NCBI GenBank assembly: GCA_019694395.1
Contig: JAIBCC010000003.1
Coordinates: 1 to 64,000, forward strand
Source of the DNA: Pyrinomonadaceae bacterium
GTDB lineage: Bacteria; Acidobacteriota; Blastocatellia; Pyrinomonadales; Pyrinomonadaceae
Length of the DNA stretch: 64,000 nt
Reading direction: 5' to 3'
The notes under the pieces were generated by a model. The model worked only from the letters and a program-made list of their open reading frames with translations, was not told the origin of the DNA and did not search any database. Made by a program: the position numbers and the translations under genes. Numbering within the stretch: position 1 is the first letter of the stretch; the number at the start of each line of letters is the position of its first letter. Positions 1-9,444 of the stretch are shown here, piece by piece.

Positions 1-94
1 CAAAAGTTCTGAGCGAAGGGACAGATTCATCTTTTCCAAAGAACAACTATCAAGCGTCCAAAATAGTTGTCAAAATGTCAATTCTCAAGATACA

Positions 95-261
95 AGCGAG
101 GGGTAGAGCGGAGCGACACCCCTCGTTCTGAAGGAGTCGAATATAGATGGCGGATTATTCGACTTACAGCGTCGGATCCTCTTTAAAACTAACGAGGGGT
201 ATCGCTCATTATCATTCGCTCTACCCCTCGCTATTGAATGTGTCCCCGTTGGGGACTTCAC
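95..261. repeat. Copy 1 of a ~170-bp structured repeat: two internal hairpins (cgagggg...cccctcg) and a terminal GTCCCCGTTGGGGAC palindrome; the same element recurs inverted at 45747-45929
   Basis: Direct comparison of 95-261 with the reverse complement of 45747-45929 gives a colinear alignment. Positions 95-127 and 191-232 form terminal inverted repeats within the copy. Confidence 0.7.
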
Positions 262-367
262 AGATTTTACTTTTCAGTCAGACTCTTTTTATTCGATGAT
301 TTTCATTTGTTTTAAAATATTTCGGGTAATTTCTTTGCGTTTGGCGGCATCTTAATTTTTGTTTATA

Positions 368-1039
368 TCAATTAATAGATTCCAAATTTTGGATTTCCAA
401 AAAAGGAATGTCATAAATTCCGTATTCGCGCCAATCTTTGTAATCAAAATGCCACCATTCATTTTCATTGACGGTAAATCCGGCTGATTCCATCAATTTT
501 CGCAATAAATTACGGTTGCGGGTTTCTTCCACCGTTCCGCCTGAATATTCGGGATGAGCCTTGTCGGAAAAATCGTCAAAATCTGACGGCATCGGCAAAA
601 GTTTGCCTGTTTTTAGATCATAAATGCTTAAATCAACCGCACATCCGCGATTGTGACGCGAACCGTTTTTGGGATTAGCAACGAATTTGCGTTTGTCTTC
701 CGGCGTAACTTCCCAAAAAAGTTTTGTAACCGACCACGGGCGATAGCCGTCAAAAATTGCCAAACCTAAGCCCTGCTGTTTCAATTGTTTATGAACTTGC
801 AAAAGTGCTTCGGCGGCAGGACGCTGCAAAAAAGCGCGTGCTTCGGTATAGACCGGACGACCGACGAAATTGTCGCTTCGCGCGTAACGAATATCCAATT
901 TTATGGTTTTATCAAGTTTAATTAGTTCGACCAAATCAGCCTCACGTTTATTTTGTTCTTGGGGCGGCGCATTTTGCGCGAAAAGCAAAGATACTGCAAA
1001 AAGCAGAGCAAGCAAAGATGAAACAATAAGTTTTTTCAT
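368..1039 (-). CDS. Secreted D-alanyl-D-alanine dipeptidase (VanX-like, peptidase M15D)
   Basis: ORF of 223 aa with an N-terminal signal peptide (MKKLIVSSLLALLFAVSLLFAQN). VanX-type motifs GYRPWS, NRGCAVDLS and ENEWWHFDY are present. Confidence 0.75.
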   Translation of the reverse strand: MKKLIVSSLLALLFAVSLLFAQNAPPQEQNKREADLVELIKLDKTIKLDIRYARSDNFVGRPVYTEARAFLQRPAAEALLQVHKQLKQQGLGLAIFDGYRPWSVTKLFWEVTPEDKRKFVANPKNGSRHNRGCAVDLSIYDLKTGKLLPMPSDFDDFSDKAHPEYSGGTVEETRNRNLLRKLMESAGFTVNENEWWHFDYKDWREYGIYDIPFLEIQNLESIN

Positions 1040-1106
1040 ATCTGTCTAAAAAAGGTTTGAAAACTGTGAGCAGAAAAGTTATTTTAAATAAATAATGCAG
1101 GAAGAG

Positions 1107-1164
1107 CAAAAAAATAAAAAATGTCCCGCCATCAAATGGATGAAACGATTTGGTGTGGCGGGAT
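1107..1164 (-). terminator. Rho-independent terminator for the 1248-2324 gene (minus strand)
   Basis: The stem gtcccgccat / atggcgggac (1123-1132 and 1155-1164) is followed on the minus strand by a U-tract, seen as the plus-strand A-run 1107-1120. Confidence 0.55.
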
Positions 1165-1247
1165 TTCTGTTTTTCCTTATCAAAGGCTTGATTTGGTTAG
1201 CTTTAATATTTGGCGCAACCTACTTTGGCTTTAGTGCTTTTGAATAA

Positions 1248-2324
1248 CTAAGGCTTCTTGACCTTTTCAGCCGGAACTTCTTCGTCATCACCATCCAAAA
1301 TCTTAACTTCCGAACCAAATTTCTGATATTCCTTAAACCGGATCACGTTGCGGGTTTCATATTGTTCTTTACCCTCGCGCGAGGTCAGACGCACATCCGA
1401 GAGAATCGGAAGCAAATATTTTTCGTTGTTGATGCTGACCCAATCATAATCAATAATGCGTTTAGCGGCGCGGACTCTGAAATCCACCGGAATATCCGTA
1501 GCATTGCTTTCAACTCGCAAGACGCGAAAATTTTCGCGGTCAATCCAAATTTTTCCTTGCATTCCGGCAACGGTTGAATCAACATTTCCATACGAAATAC
1601 TTTCAGGTTTTTTATCTACCGAAACGGCAAAACTATAAACGATAGCTTTGCGTTCACGGATTACATCGGTGTCAACCGGCTCAAATTTAGCATCATTTTC
1701 ACCTTTGAAAATTGTCGCTAAAACTGTGACAAATTCACCCGTTGAGCTTGTTCCGCCTACATCAAAATAACTGCCTTTAGGTTTAGTATCGGTCTGAGGT
1801 GCACCATTAATTGATAAAACTCTATATTCTTCTGCTCCATTGGCTCCCGAAATATCAGGCGAACGATAACTGACTGCCACTACCAAACGGTCAAGATTAG
1901 TAAAGTTACTCGTTCCGGCGTAGGAAATTCCGCGCTGAATCATTTGTTTAACTACAAAATCGGGCATTTCATCGACTGCTTTTAAGGTTGCTTCGCGTGA
2001 TTTTTCCAAGACCGAAGTGCTTTCCTTGGCGGATGGAAGCTGAAATGCTGCAGGATTTTCCTTACGGCGACCTGCTTCACGCAAAGTGCGGGAAAGCTCT
2101 GTGTCGCCACCGCTTTTAGTGCGGGTTAATCCAATCAAACCATCAGTTACCTGAAAATCAATTCCGCGTCGGCGCACTGCTTCAACGACTTCCGCTTTGA
2201 TACTTGGATTACGCTGCAAGTCATTAAGCAAATTAACATATTCGCTTTGGGTTAAAGGTTTTTCCTGTGCAAATAAACAAAAGACGGAAAATAAAATAAA
2301 AGCTAAAAGTAATAATTTTTTCAT
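1248..2324 (-). CDS. Secreted hypothetical protein (358 aa)
   Basis: Long ORF with a signal peptide (MKKLLLLAFILFSVFCLFAQE). No family recognised from the sequence. Confidence 0.6.
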   Translation of the reverse strand: MKKLLLLAFILFSVFCLFAQEKPLTQSEYVNLLNDLQRNPSIKAEVVEAVRRRGIDFQVTDGLIGLTRTKSGGDTELSRTLREAGRRKENPAAFQLPSAKESTSVLEKSREATLKAVDEMPDFVVKQMIQRGISYAGTSNFTNLDRLVVAVSYRSPDISGANGAEEYRVLSINGAPQTDTKPKGSYFDVGGTSSTGEFVTVLATIFKGENDAKFEPVDTDVIRERKAIVYSFAVSVDKKPESISYGNVDSTVAGMQGKIWIDRENFRVLRVESNATDIPVDFRVRAAKRIIDYDWVSINNEKYLLPILSDVRLTSREGKEQYETRNVIRFKEYQKFGSEVKILDGDDEEVPAEKVKKP

Positions 2325-2402
2325 TACGCTAAAAAGATGCTTTCAAACCAAAATCAGTTTGCTGATACAATGGTTTATTACATCTGACTTTGCAAAAATT
2401 TA

Positions 2403-2447
2403 CAAAAAAAAGCAAAAGCGGAAAAGTTTTATTCAAACAATTCCGCT
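2403..2447 (-). terminator. Rho-independent terminator for the 2480-2878 gene (minus strand)
   Basis: The stem agcggaa / ttccgct (2417-2423 and 2441-2447) is followed on the minus strand by a U-tract, seen as the plus-strand A-run 2403-2416. Confidence 0.55.
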
Positions 2448-2479
2448 CTTTACTATATGATTGCTAAATTAAGCTAGGA

Positions 2480-2878
2480 TTAGACCCATTCTTCTTCGTA
2501 ATTAAGTTTCCATTGACGAACAACCCATTCTTGTGCCGCAGTCATAACATTTTGCTTCCAATTTTTAAGATTTTCAGCGATGGAAAGCGCAGCGAGTGGT
2601 TTGCTTGGATCGCGTTCTACGCGAATAACTTCCGTCGGCACTTCAATTAAAGTTTTTTCTTCGTCAATGACGCGTAAAGAAACTTCACTTCCAACCGGCG
2701 GGAGAGTTTCCAAATTAACCAAAGCACTTGACTCCCCGATATTTTCCGTTAATCCCTCGACTAAGACTGTTTTCCCGGTCACTTTGTCAATCCAACTTGC
2801 CTGAACTCTCAAATTAGCCATAATGCGCTGATGCAACGGCGTTCTTTTTACTGGTTCTGAATATCCAAAATGTGCCAT
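2480..2878 (-). CDS. Small cytoplasmic protein, possibly PilZ-like
   Basis: ORF of 132 aa. RTPLHQRIMANLRV followed by ENIGESSALVN loosely resembles the PilZ RxxxR ... D/NxSxGG signature. Weak evidence. Confidence 0.35.
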   Translation of the reverse strand: MAHFGYSEPVKRTPLHQRIMANLRVQASWIDKVTGKTVLVEGLTENIGESSALVNLETLPPVGSEVSLRVIDEEKTLIEVPTEVIRVERDPSKPLAALSIAENLKNWKQNVMTAAQEWVVRQWKLNYEEEWV

Positions 2879-2973
2879 ATTTCCCTCCCTTTCTCGATTT
2901 ATTTTTTAATTGCAGTTAACAAGATGATAGTCTTATCTTGATGCGCCATTAATTTAACCTATCTTTATCAAAA

Positions 2974-3131
2974 AGTCAAGAATATTGAAAAAAAAGTCAA
3001 GAATATTAAAACCGCTCAAACCGCTCAACCTTTGGTCGTATTTTAATTTTTGTCAATCGTGATAATCTCGAAATTTATTATTCTTTGTATTTACCCTAAG
3101 ATTCGATACTAAAACCGCTCAAACCGCTCAA
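2974..3131. promoter_or_regulatory. Direct-repeat cluster in the 665-bp region upstream of the TonB-dependent receptor: AGTCAAGAATATT x2 and (ACCGCTCAA)2 x2
   Basis: AGTCAAGAATATT occurs at 2974-2986 and 2995-3007, 21 bp apart. Tandem 9-mers ACCGCTCAA-ACCGCTCAA occur at 3011-3028 and again at 3114-3131. Confidence 0.45.
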
Positions 3132-3424
3132 TTTTATCTTTAAATAAAGAGAACTACATTTTTGATAAATACTTTTGAAGAATAAATATATTCCCAAAAA
3201 ACTATTTAACTTTTATGTAACTTTCCGGATTTAAAATAAAGTTTTGATTTTCAGGTGCATTTTAAGGAACTTAATTTGCCTTAAAAAAAAACGATTATTA
3301 TTATTGTCAGCAAACAATAAAAGCCCCCCTCCGTAAAATTTATTGTTGGAGACTCTAATTTTGTGAAAAATCAGCGTTTAAGGTTCTTTTATAATTAGAC
3401 TTGATAATAATAGTGTTTTTTCAG

Positions 3425-3476
3425 AACTATCTAAAATCCAAATTTCAAAATCAAAAATCCAAATTTTGAGATAGTT
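3425..3476. promoter_or_regulatory. Inverted repeat (aactatctaaaat ... attttgagatagtt) about 70 bp upstream of the receptor start
   Basis: Near-perfect 13-nt arms at 3425-3437 and 3463-3476. Candidate operator or promoter element. Confidence 0.35.
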
Positions 3477-3544
3477 TTATTAATAATTACTTGTAAAAAG
3501 CAATTTTGTTTTAAGAATTATATATTTCAATCAAAGAGGTCAAG

Positions 3545-6500
3545 ATGGCTAAGAATTTACTTTCTAATTCAATAAAGTTTTTAGTGCTGAGTGTCTTTTG
3601 CTTTGTATTAAGCGTGGCACATACATCGGCACAATCAACTGTTTCTGGTGGTATTCGCGGGAATGTGACCGATCCACAAGGAGCAGCCGTTGCTAATGCA
3701 ACAGTTAAAATTACAAATACCGGAACTAATAAAGCAGACACTGCAACGTCAGATTCTGATGGAAATTTTCGTTTTAATAACCTTCAGCCCGGTATCTATT
3801 CATTATCAGTTACTTCTTCGGGATTTGCTGAATTCAAAAAAGAGCAAATTATTGTTGAGGTAGGACAATTTACGACAATCAATCCGACTATGGCTTTAGT
3901 GGGACAACAGGCTTCAGTTGAAGTTACCGCCGAAGCTCCGATTGTCAATACTAATGATAACGCAAATACCAACAACTTTAACCAAACATCAATCAACGAA
4001 TTACCGATTAACGGAAGACGCTGGTCAAACTTTGCGATTCTTTCGCCGAGTGCAGTTCCGGACGGAACTTTTGGTTTGATCAGTTTCCGTGGTATTTCGG
4101 GACTTTTGAATAACAACACAATTGACGGTGGTGATAACAACCAAGCGTTTTTCTCGGAAGAAAGAGGAAGAACCCGTATTAACTATGTTATCAGCCAAGC
4201 CGCAATTCGTGAGTTTCAAGTTAATACTTCAAACTATTCAGCCGAATATGGACGTTCAGCCGGTGGTGTAACCAACGCTGTGACCAAAAGCGGAACCAAT
4301 AATATTCACGGTGAAGCTTTCTACTACATTCGTAATAACCGTTGGGGCGCACGTAATCCCCGAGCTTTCCAATCAGTTTTGAATAATGGCGTAGCCGATG
4401 TCATAGCAGCTAAACCAAGAGATCTTCGCCAACAGTTTGGAGCAACAATTGGCGGACCGATTAAGAAGGATAAATTATTTTACTTTTTCAGTTATGACCA
4501 ACAAAAACGTAATTTCCCCGGTTTAGCAGTATTCACCAACCCTGGTTACTTGAATACAGTTAGCACTGCTACCTTAACCGGAAAGGGTCTGACAACAACT
4601 CAAATTAACGATACTTTGACTTTCATCAACTCTTTGACCGGTGAAACACCGCGAAAGGGTGATCAGCTTTTGTTATTGCCAAAAATTGACTGGATTATCA
4701 ACGATAAACATTCATTGGCGGTTTCTTATAACCGTCTTCGCTGGGATTCTCCAGCGGGTATTCAAACTCAAGCGGTCAATACTTTTGCTCGTCGAAGTTT
4801 TGGTGATGACTTTGTTGATGTAGATTCGGTCAATGCCAGATTGACTTCAACTTTGAGCCAAAATATGTTGAACGAAGCTCGTTTCCAATATGGACGCGAC
4901 TTTGAGTATGAGTTCAGTCAAGAGCCGCTTCCCGGTGAACCGACTACTGCAACAACCAGCCAAGGGGCTCGTCCGCCGCAAATAACTTTGACAAACGGTT
5001 TGCAATTTGGAACAGCTAACTTCTTGGAACGTGCAAAATATCCTGATGAAAGACGGATTCAATTTGCAGATTCATTAACCTGGACCAGAGGAAATCACAC
5101 CTTCAAATTTGGTGGAGATTTTAACCACGTTACTGATGATTTGGATAACTTAAGAACACAAGCAGGTCAATATACCTACAGCAACATCAATGATTTTATT
5201 ATTGACTATGTAAACTGGAAAACACCTTTAAATGCAGCAACCGTCTGTTCAACCAGCACTCGAACTGTCGGAAGATGTTACACCAGCAGCTATGCTCAAG
5301 GTATCGGTATTCTTGGAACTAAATTCAGCACCAATGAATATAACTTCTTTGGTCAAGATGATTGGCGTGTTACTCCGCGTGTTACCGTTAATTTAGGATT
5401 ACGTTGGGAATATCAACAAATGCCAAAGGCATTCTTAGCAAATACCAGCACTGCTTTAATTCCGTCAATTAACCGCACTGTTGCCGAAGCTACTTCGTAT
5501 ATGCCGAGCGATAAAAATAATTTTGGTCCTCGAATTGGTTTTGCTTATTCATTGACTGAAGATGGTAAAACATCATTGCGTGGCGGATACGGGATTTATT
5601 ATGGACGCATTCAGAACTCAACTATTTCTAATGCGCTCATTAATACCGGAAATAGCGGCGGACAAGCACAATTGAGCATTTCTCAAACATCAGCTTGCGC
5701 TCCGATTTTTCCGGCTGTTTTAACTCCTGCTTGTGCAACCTTTAGTGCAGGTGCTATCCAATTCTTCCAAAAGGATTTCCAAGCACCGCTTATCCATCAA
5801 TACGACTTGGTATTTGAACGTGAAGTAATGAAGAATACAACTTTTTCATTCTCTTATGTTGGCAGCAGTGGATACAATTTGCCGATTTTCTATGATCGAA
5901 ATTTAGCACAAAATACTACCACTCCAACCAATACATTCACGATTTATGGTGGACCGTTGAATGGAACAGTATTTACTTTGCCGAACTATTATTCAACCGG
6001 CACCACCACTAATCGTCCGGTAGCAGGTTTTGCTCAGTTGACTGAAATTAGAAGTTCAGTTAAATCACAATATGACGGAGCCGTTTTCCAGCTTAACCGT
6101 CGGTTTACAGATGGCTTGCAATTCAATGTCAGCTATACTTTGGCAAAAGCATACGATACGGGACAAACTTCGCAAACATTTACGGCTAATAACACGCCAT
6201 TTGATCCGTTTGACAGTTCATATGAACGTGGTGCGAGCCGATTTGATGTCCGACACAAATTTGTTGCCAATGCAGTTTATGCACCAAAACTTTATAAAGG
6301 TGATAGCGAAGCAGCAAAACAATTGCTTAATGGATGGTCATTTGCACCAATTCTTGCAATCTATTCTGGTCAACCATTTACCAGTTTCGTTTCGGGAACA
6401 GGATTGAATGGTTCACAAGGTAGCTCGCGTTTCCCGTTGGAACCCAACAATAACTACAGATTGCCTAAGTTGGTTAACCTTGATGCACGGCTTTCAAAAC

Positions 6501-6751
6501 GTTTTGCCTTTAGCGAAAAATACAAATTAGAATTTTTAGCTGAAGTATTTAACGTAGCAAACCGAACTCAAGTATTCCAAAAGAACAATACGCTTTATAC
6601 CCGTTCTACAAACTGTGCCACGATTAATGGTATTACAACCAATAACGCTAATGGTTTGTGTTATGGAACGACTTTTGGACAAATTACAACAACTGACAGC
6701 ACCCTGTATCGTGAAAGACAAATTCAATTATCTACACGTTTCCAATTCTAA
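3545..6751 (+). CDS. TonB-dependent outer-membrane receptor with N-terminal carboxypeptidase-regulatory-like domain
   Basis: ORF of 1068 aa with a signal peptide and a CarboxypepD_reg-like stretch (GGIRGNVTDPQGAAVANATVKITNTGTN...DSDGNFRFNNLQPGIYSL). It has a long beta-rich body and the C-terminal ...STRFQF, an aromatic terminal residue typical of OM beta-barrels. Confidence 0.8.
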   Translation: MAKNLLSNSIKFLVLSVFCFVLSVAHTSAQSTVSGGIRGNVTDPQGAAVANATVKITNTGTNKADTATSDSDGNFRFNNLQPGIYSLSVTSSGFAEFKKEQIIVEVGQFTTINPTMALVGQQASVEVTAEAPIVNTNDNANTNNFNQTSINELPINGRRWSNFAILSPSAVPDGTFGLISFRGISGLLNNNTIDGGDNNQAFFSEERGRTRINYVISQAAIREFQVNTSNYSAEYGRSAGGVTNAVTKSGTNNIHGEAFYYIRNNRWGARNPRAFQSVLNNGVADVIAAKPRDLRQQFGATIGGPIKKDKLFYFFSYDQQKRNFPGLAVFTNPGYLNTVSTATLTGKGLTTTQINDTLTFINSLTGETPRKGDQLLLLPKIDWIINDKHSLAVSYNRLRWDSPAGIQTQAVNTFARRSFGDDFVDVDSVNARLTSTLSQNMLNEARFQYGRDFEYEFSQEPLPGEPTTATTSQGARPPQITLTNGLQFGTANFLERAKYPDERRIQFADSLTWTRGNHTFKFGGDFNHVTDDLDNLRTQAGQYTYSNINDFIIDYVNWKTPLNAATVCSTSTRTVGRCYTSSYAQGIGILGTKFSTNEYNFFGQDDWRVTPRVTVNLGLRWEYQQMPKAFLANTSTALIPSINRTVAEATSYMPSDKNNFGPRIGFAYSLTEDGKTSLRGGYGIYYGRIQNSTISNALINTGNSGGQAQLSISQTSACAPIFPAVLTPACATFSAGAIQFFQKDFQAPLIHQYDLVFEREVMKNTTFSFSYVGSSGYNLPIFYDRNLAQNTTTPTNTFTIYGGPLNGTVFTLPNYYSTGTTTNRPVAGFAQLTEIRSSVKSQYDGAVFQLNRRFTDGLQFNVSYTLAKAYDTGQTSQTFTANNTPFDPFDSSYERGASRFDVRHKFVANAVYAPKLYKGDSEAAKQLLNGWSFAPILAIYSGQPFTSFVSGTGLNGSQGSSRFPLEPNNNYRLPKLVNLDARLSKRFAFSEKYKLEFLAEVFNVANRTQVFQKNNTLYTRSTNCATINGITTNNANGLCYGTTFGQITTTDSTLYRERQIQLSTRFQF

Positions 6752-6776
6752 TTTGAATCAAAGTTAGAATTATTTC

Positions 6777-6806
6777 AGCCCGTTTCGTTTGAGACGGGCT
6801 TTTTTA
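6777..6806 (+). terminator. Rho-independent terminator after the TonB-dependent receptor
   Basis: agcccgtttc ... gagacgggct hairpin immediately followed by TTTTTTATTT. Confidence 0.75.
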
Positions 6807-6864
6807 TTTCTGTGATAGAATTTTGGGAAACTGACAAATTATTAAGAAAAACCAAAAAGTTGAT

Positions 6865-8019
6865 ATGTTTAGCAAAAGTCTTTCGATTATTTTCCTTTTA
6901 TTACTTTCTTTTTCGGCGTTAGCACAGAATTTTCAGCAAATTGCCGATGGTATCGAATATGCAGAAGTCGTGCGCGGAACGGAAAAAGAACCGATTCGTG
7001 CTAATCTATTGCGGCTTGATCTAACTAAGGTCAGATTAGATGTTGTTCACGCGCTCGATGCCGCCATCGGTTTGGAAAAAACAAGTTCGATTGCCACGAG
7101 ACACGGCGCGATTGCAGCGATAAATGCCGGATTTTTTAGATTGGATAAGAGCCTTTTCGCAGGTGATGATGTTGGGATTTTAAAAATAGACGGAGATGAT
7201 TTAAGTGAAGCCACTAATAATCGGATTGCCATTTTTATAAATAATACATCTTCTAAAACAGAGGTAGAAATTGAACATTTTACCAGCGAAAATTTTATTG
7301 AGATCAAAAAAGAAAAAATCAAAATTTCAGGAATTAACCGTGAGCGTAAAGCGGACGAAATAATTGTTTTCACCCCATTTTTTCATCGAACCACGCTAAC
7401 TGATTCTAATGGAACTGAGATTATTGTAAAAAAAGGCAAAATTACCCAAGTTCTTGATGGCAAAGGTAGTAGTGAAATTCCTAGTGATGGATTCGTAATA
7501 TCAGCGAGTGGAAAAAAGCGGGAAGAGATTTTAAAGACCGTAAAGATTGGCTTAAAAGTGAGGAAATTTGGAGCTATGGGAGTTCCAATGACCAGAAACA
7601 ATGGAGTTTTATCAATCCCTACCAAAGATATTTTTGTAATTTCTGCTTTATCAGAAGACATTGTTGCCGGAGTTCCTCAACTCATTAAAAACGGCAAAAT
7701 CGAGATTACCTGGGAGCAAGAAAAAACAAATAAATCATTTGTTGAAACCAAACATCCGCGCACAGCAGTTGCCAAATTAAAAGATGGAAAATTTTTGATG
7801 GTCACGGTTGACGGCAGAAGCGAATCAAGCGGCGGAATGAGTTTACAGCAGCTTGCCGAATTTTTACTTGAACAGGGCGCGACTGACGCAATGAATTTGG
7901 ACGGCGGCGGTTCAACTACAATGTTTCTTGACGGAAAAGTTGTCAATCATCCATCGGACAAAGAAGGCGAGAGAAGTGTTGGTGATGCAATCCTAGTTTT
8001 CCCGCGTAAAAAACAGTAA
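6865..8019 (+). CDS. Secreted phosphodiester glycosidase-family (NAGPA/DUF2233-like) protein
   Basis: ORF of 384 aa with a signal peptide. NAGFF near the N-terminus and NLDGGGSTTMF near the C-terminus match the family hallmark. Confidence 0.55.
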   Translation: MFSKSLSIIFLLLLSFSALAQNFQQIADGIEYAEVVRGTEKEPIRANLLRLDLTKVRLDVVHALDAAIGLEKTSSIATRHGAIAAINAGFFRLDKSLFAGDDVGILKIDGDDLSEATNNRIAIFINNTSSKTEVEIEHFTSENFIEIKKEKIKISGINRERKADEIIVFTPFFHRTTLTDSNGTEIIVKKGKITQVLDGKGSSEIPSDGFVISASGKKREEILKTVKIGLKVRKFGAMGVPMTRNNGVLSIPTKDIFVISALSEDIVAGVPQLIKNGKIEITWEQEKTNKSFVETKHPRTAVAKLKDGKFLMVTVDGRSESSGGMSLQQLAEFLLEQGATDAMNLDGGGSTTMFLDGKVVNHPSDKEGERSVGDAILVFPRKKQ

Positions 8020-8114
8020 AATAAAAGGTCAAAAGTTCAATCTCAAAAGTTTGGTTCAGTTACTTGGATTCTCAGACTTTCGACCTTTGACTTTTAGACT
8101 TTCAACTAAAATTT

Positions 8115-9314
8115 ATGACACAACCAAAAATCTCGAAAAATAGAATTTCCCAAAAAGCAGGCAGTTTTACCGAATCCGTTATTCGTGAGATGACGCGCGA
8201 GGCTTTGAAATACGGCGCAGTCAATCTTGGACAAGGTTTTCCTGATTTTGCCGCGCCTTTCGACATTAAAGAAAAAGCAATTGAAGCCATCGCCGGGGAC
8301 AAAAATCAATATGCGATTACCTGGGGTGTAAAGGAATTTCGGGATGCAATTGCAGCTAAAACCAAATGGTTCTTAGGTTTGGAAATTGATCCTGAAACCG
8401 AATTAACGGTTACTTGCGGCTCAACTGAGGGAATGATCGCGGGGATGATGGCTTGTGTTGACGAAGGCGAAGAAGTTATTGTTTTTGAGCCTTTTTACGA
8501 AAATTATGCGCCGGATGCCATTCTTTCAGATGCTAAACCGCGTCATATTGCGCTTTATCCGCCCACTAAAGACGGCGAAAGCTGGACTTTTGACCGTGAA
8601 GAACTGCGCTCGGCTTTTAACGAAAAGACCAAAGCAATAATTATCTGTAATCCAAACAATCCGACGGGAAAAGTTTTTACCCGCGAGGAACTAGAATTTA
8701 TCGCTGATTTGTGCAAAGAATTTGATGCACTGTGTTTTACGGACGAAATTTACGAACACATCATTTACGATGAAAATTTACCGCATATTTCGATGGCGCA
8801 GATTGATGGAATGCGCGAAAGAACGATTGTCGTCAATTCTCTTTCCAAAACCTATTCTGTAACGGGTTGGCGCGTCGGTTATTGTATTGCTCCGCCTGAT
8901 ATTACCTCGGCGATCCGCAAAGTTCACGACTTTTTGACCGTTGGTGCAGCGCATCCGTTACAGGTTGCGGGTGCTTATGCCCTAAGCCTTCCGCCAAGTT
9001 ATTACGAAGGACTCAAAACCGAATACGAACATAAAAAAGACCTGATTTTTCCCGCTTTGCGCGAAGCCGGATTCAAATGTTTTGCGCCGGAAGGGGCGTA
9101 TTACATTATGGCTGATATTTCGGATTTCGGTTTTGCCAATGACATCGAATTTACCCGCCATTTAATTCAAAATATTGGTGTCGCAGTTGTTCCTGCGTCA
9201 AGTTTCTATCACGACAAAAAATTAGGCTCACAACAAGTCCGATTTTGTTTCTGCAAAAAGGACGAAACTCTAAATGCGGCGGTTGAACGGCTGCAAAAAT
9301 TAAGAAACGGTTAA
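8115..9314 (+). CDS. PLP-dependent aminotransferase class I/II (aspartate/kynurenine aminotransferase-like)
   Basis: ORF of 399 aa. SLSKTYSVTGWRVGY contains the PLP-lysine motif, and NPNNPTGKVF is the class-I hallmark. Confidence 0.85.
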   Translation: MTQPKISKNRISQKAGSFTESVIREMTREALKYGAVNLGQGFPDFAAPFDIKEKAIEAIAGDKNQYAITWGVKEFRDAIAAKTKWFLGLEIDPETELTVTCGSTEGMIAGMMACVDEGEEVIVFEPFYENYAPDAILSDAKPRHIALYPPTKDGESWTFDREELRSAFNEKTKAIIICNPNNPTGKVFTREELEFIADLCKEFDALCFTDEIYEHIIYDENLPHISMAQIDGMRERTIVVNSLSKTYSVTGWRVGYCIAPPDITSAIRKVHDFLTVGAAHPLQVAGAYALSLPPSYYEGLKTEYEHKKDLIFPALREAGFKCFAPEGAYYIMADISDFGFANDIEFTRHLIQNIGVAVVPASSFYHDKKLGSQQVRFCFCKKDETLNAAVERLQKLRNG

Positions 9315-9444
9315 ACTTGTAAAATGTTTGTAAAATGCCTCTGAAATGAAACCTTTTCGATTGTCAAAGCAACTAATAATTGTGTCTAATTCGTAATTAA
9401 AGACAGGCTTAGCTGTCAATCTTTTATAAAATTTTGGAGGTTTT

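Noticed and set aside
95-130. tRNA-like sequence (GGGGTAGAGCG resembles a tRNA D-arm)
   Set aside because: No acceptor-stem or T-arm complementarity could be built. The segment is part of the hairpin of the structured repeat element.
1121-1231. 36-aa ORF (MSRHQMDETIWCGGISVFPYQRLDLVSFNIWRNLLWL) in the spacer between two minus-strand genes
   Set aside because: The sequence is explained better as the stem-loop and U-tract of the minus-strand terminator of the 1248-2324 gene. There is no RBS and the ORF has no typical small-protein features.
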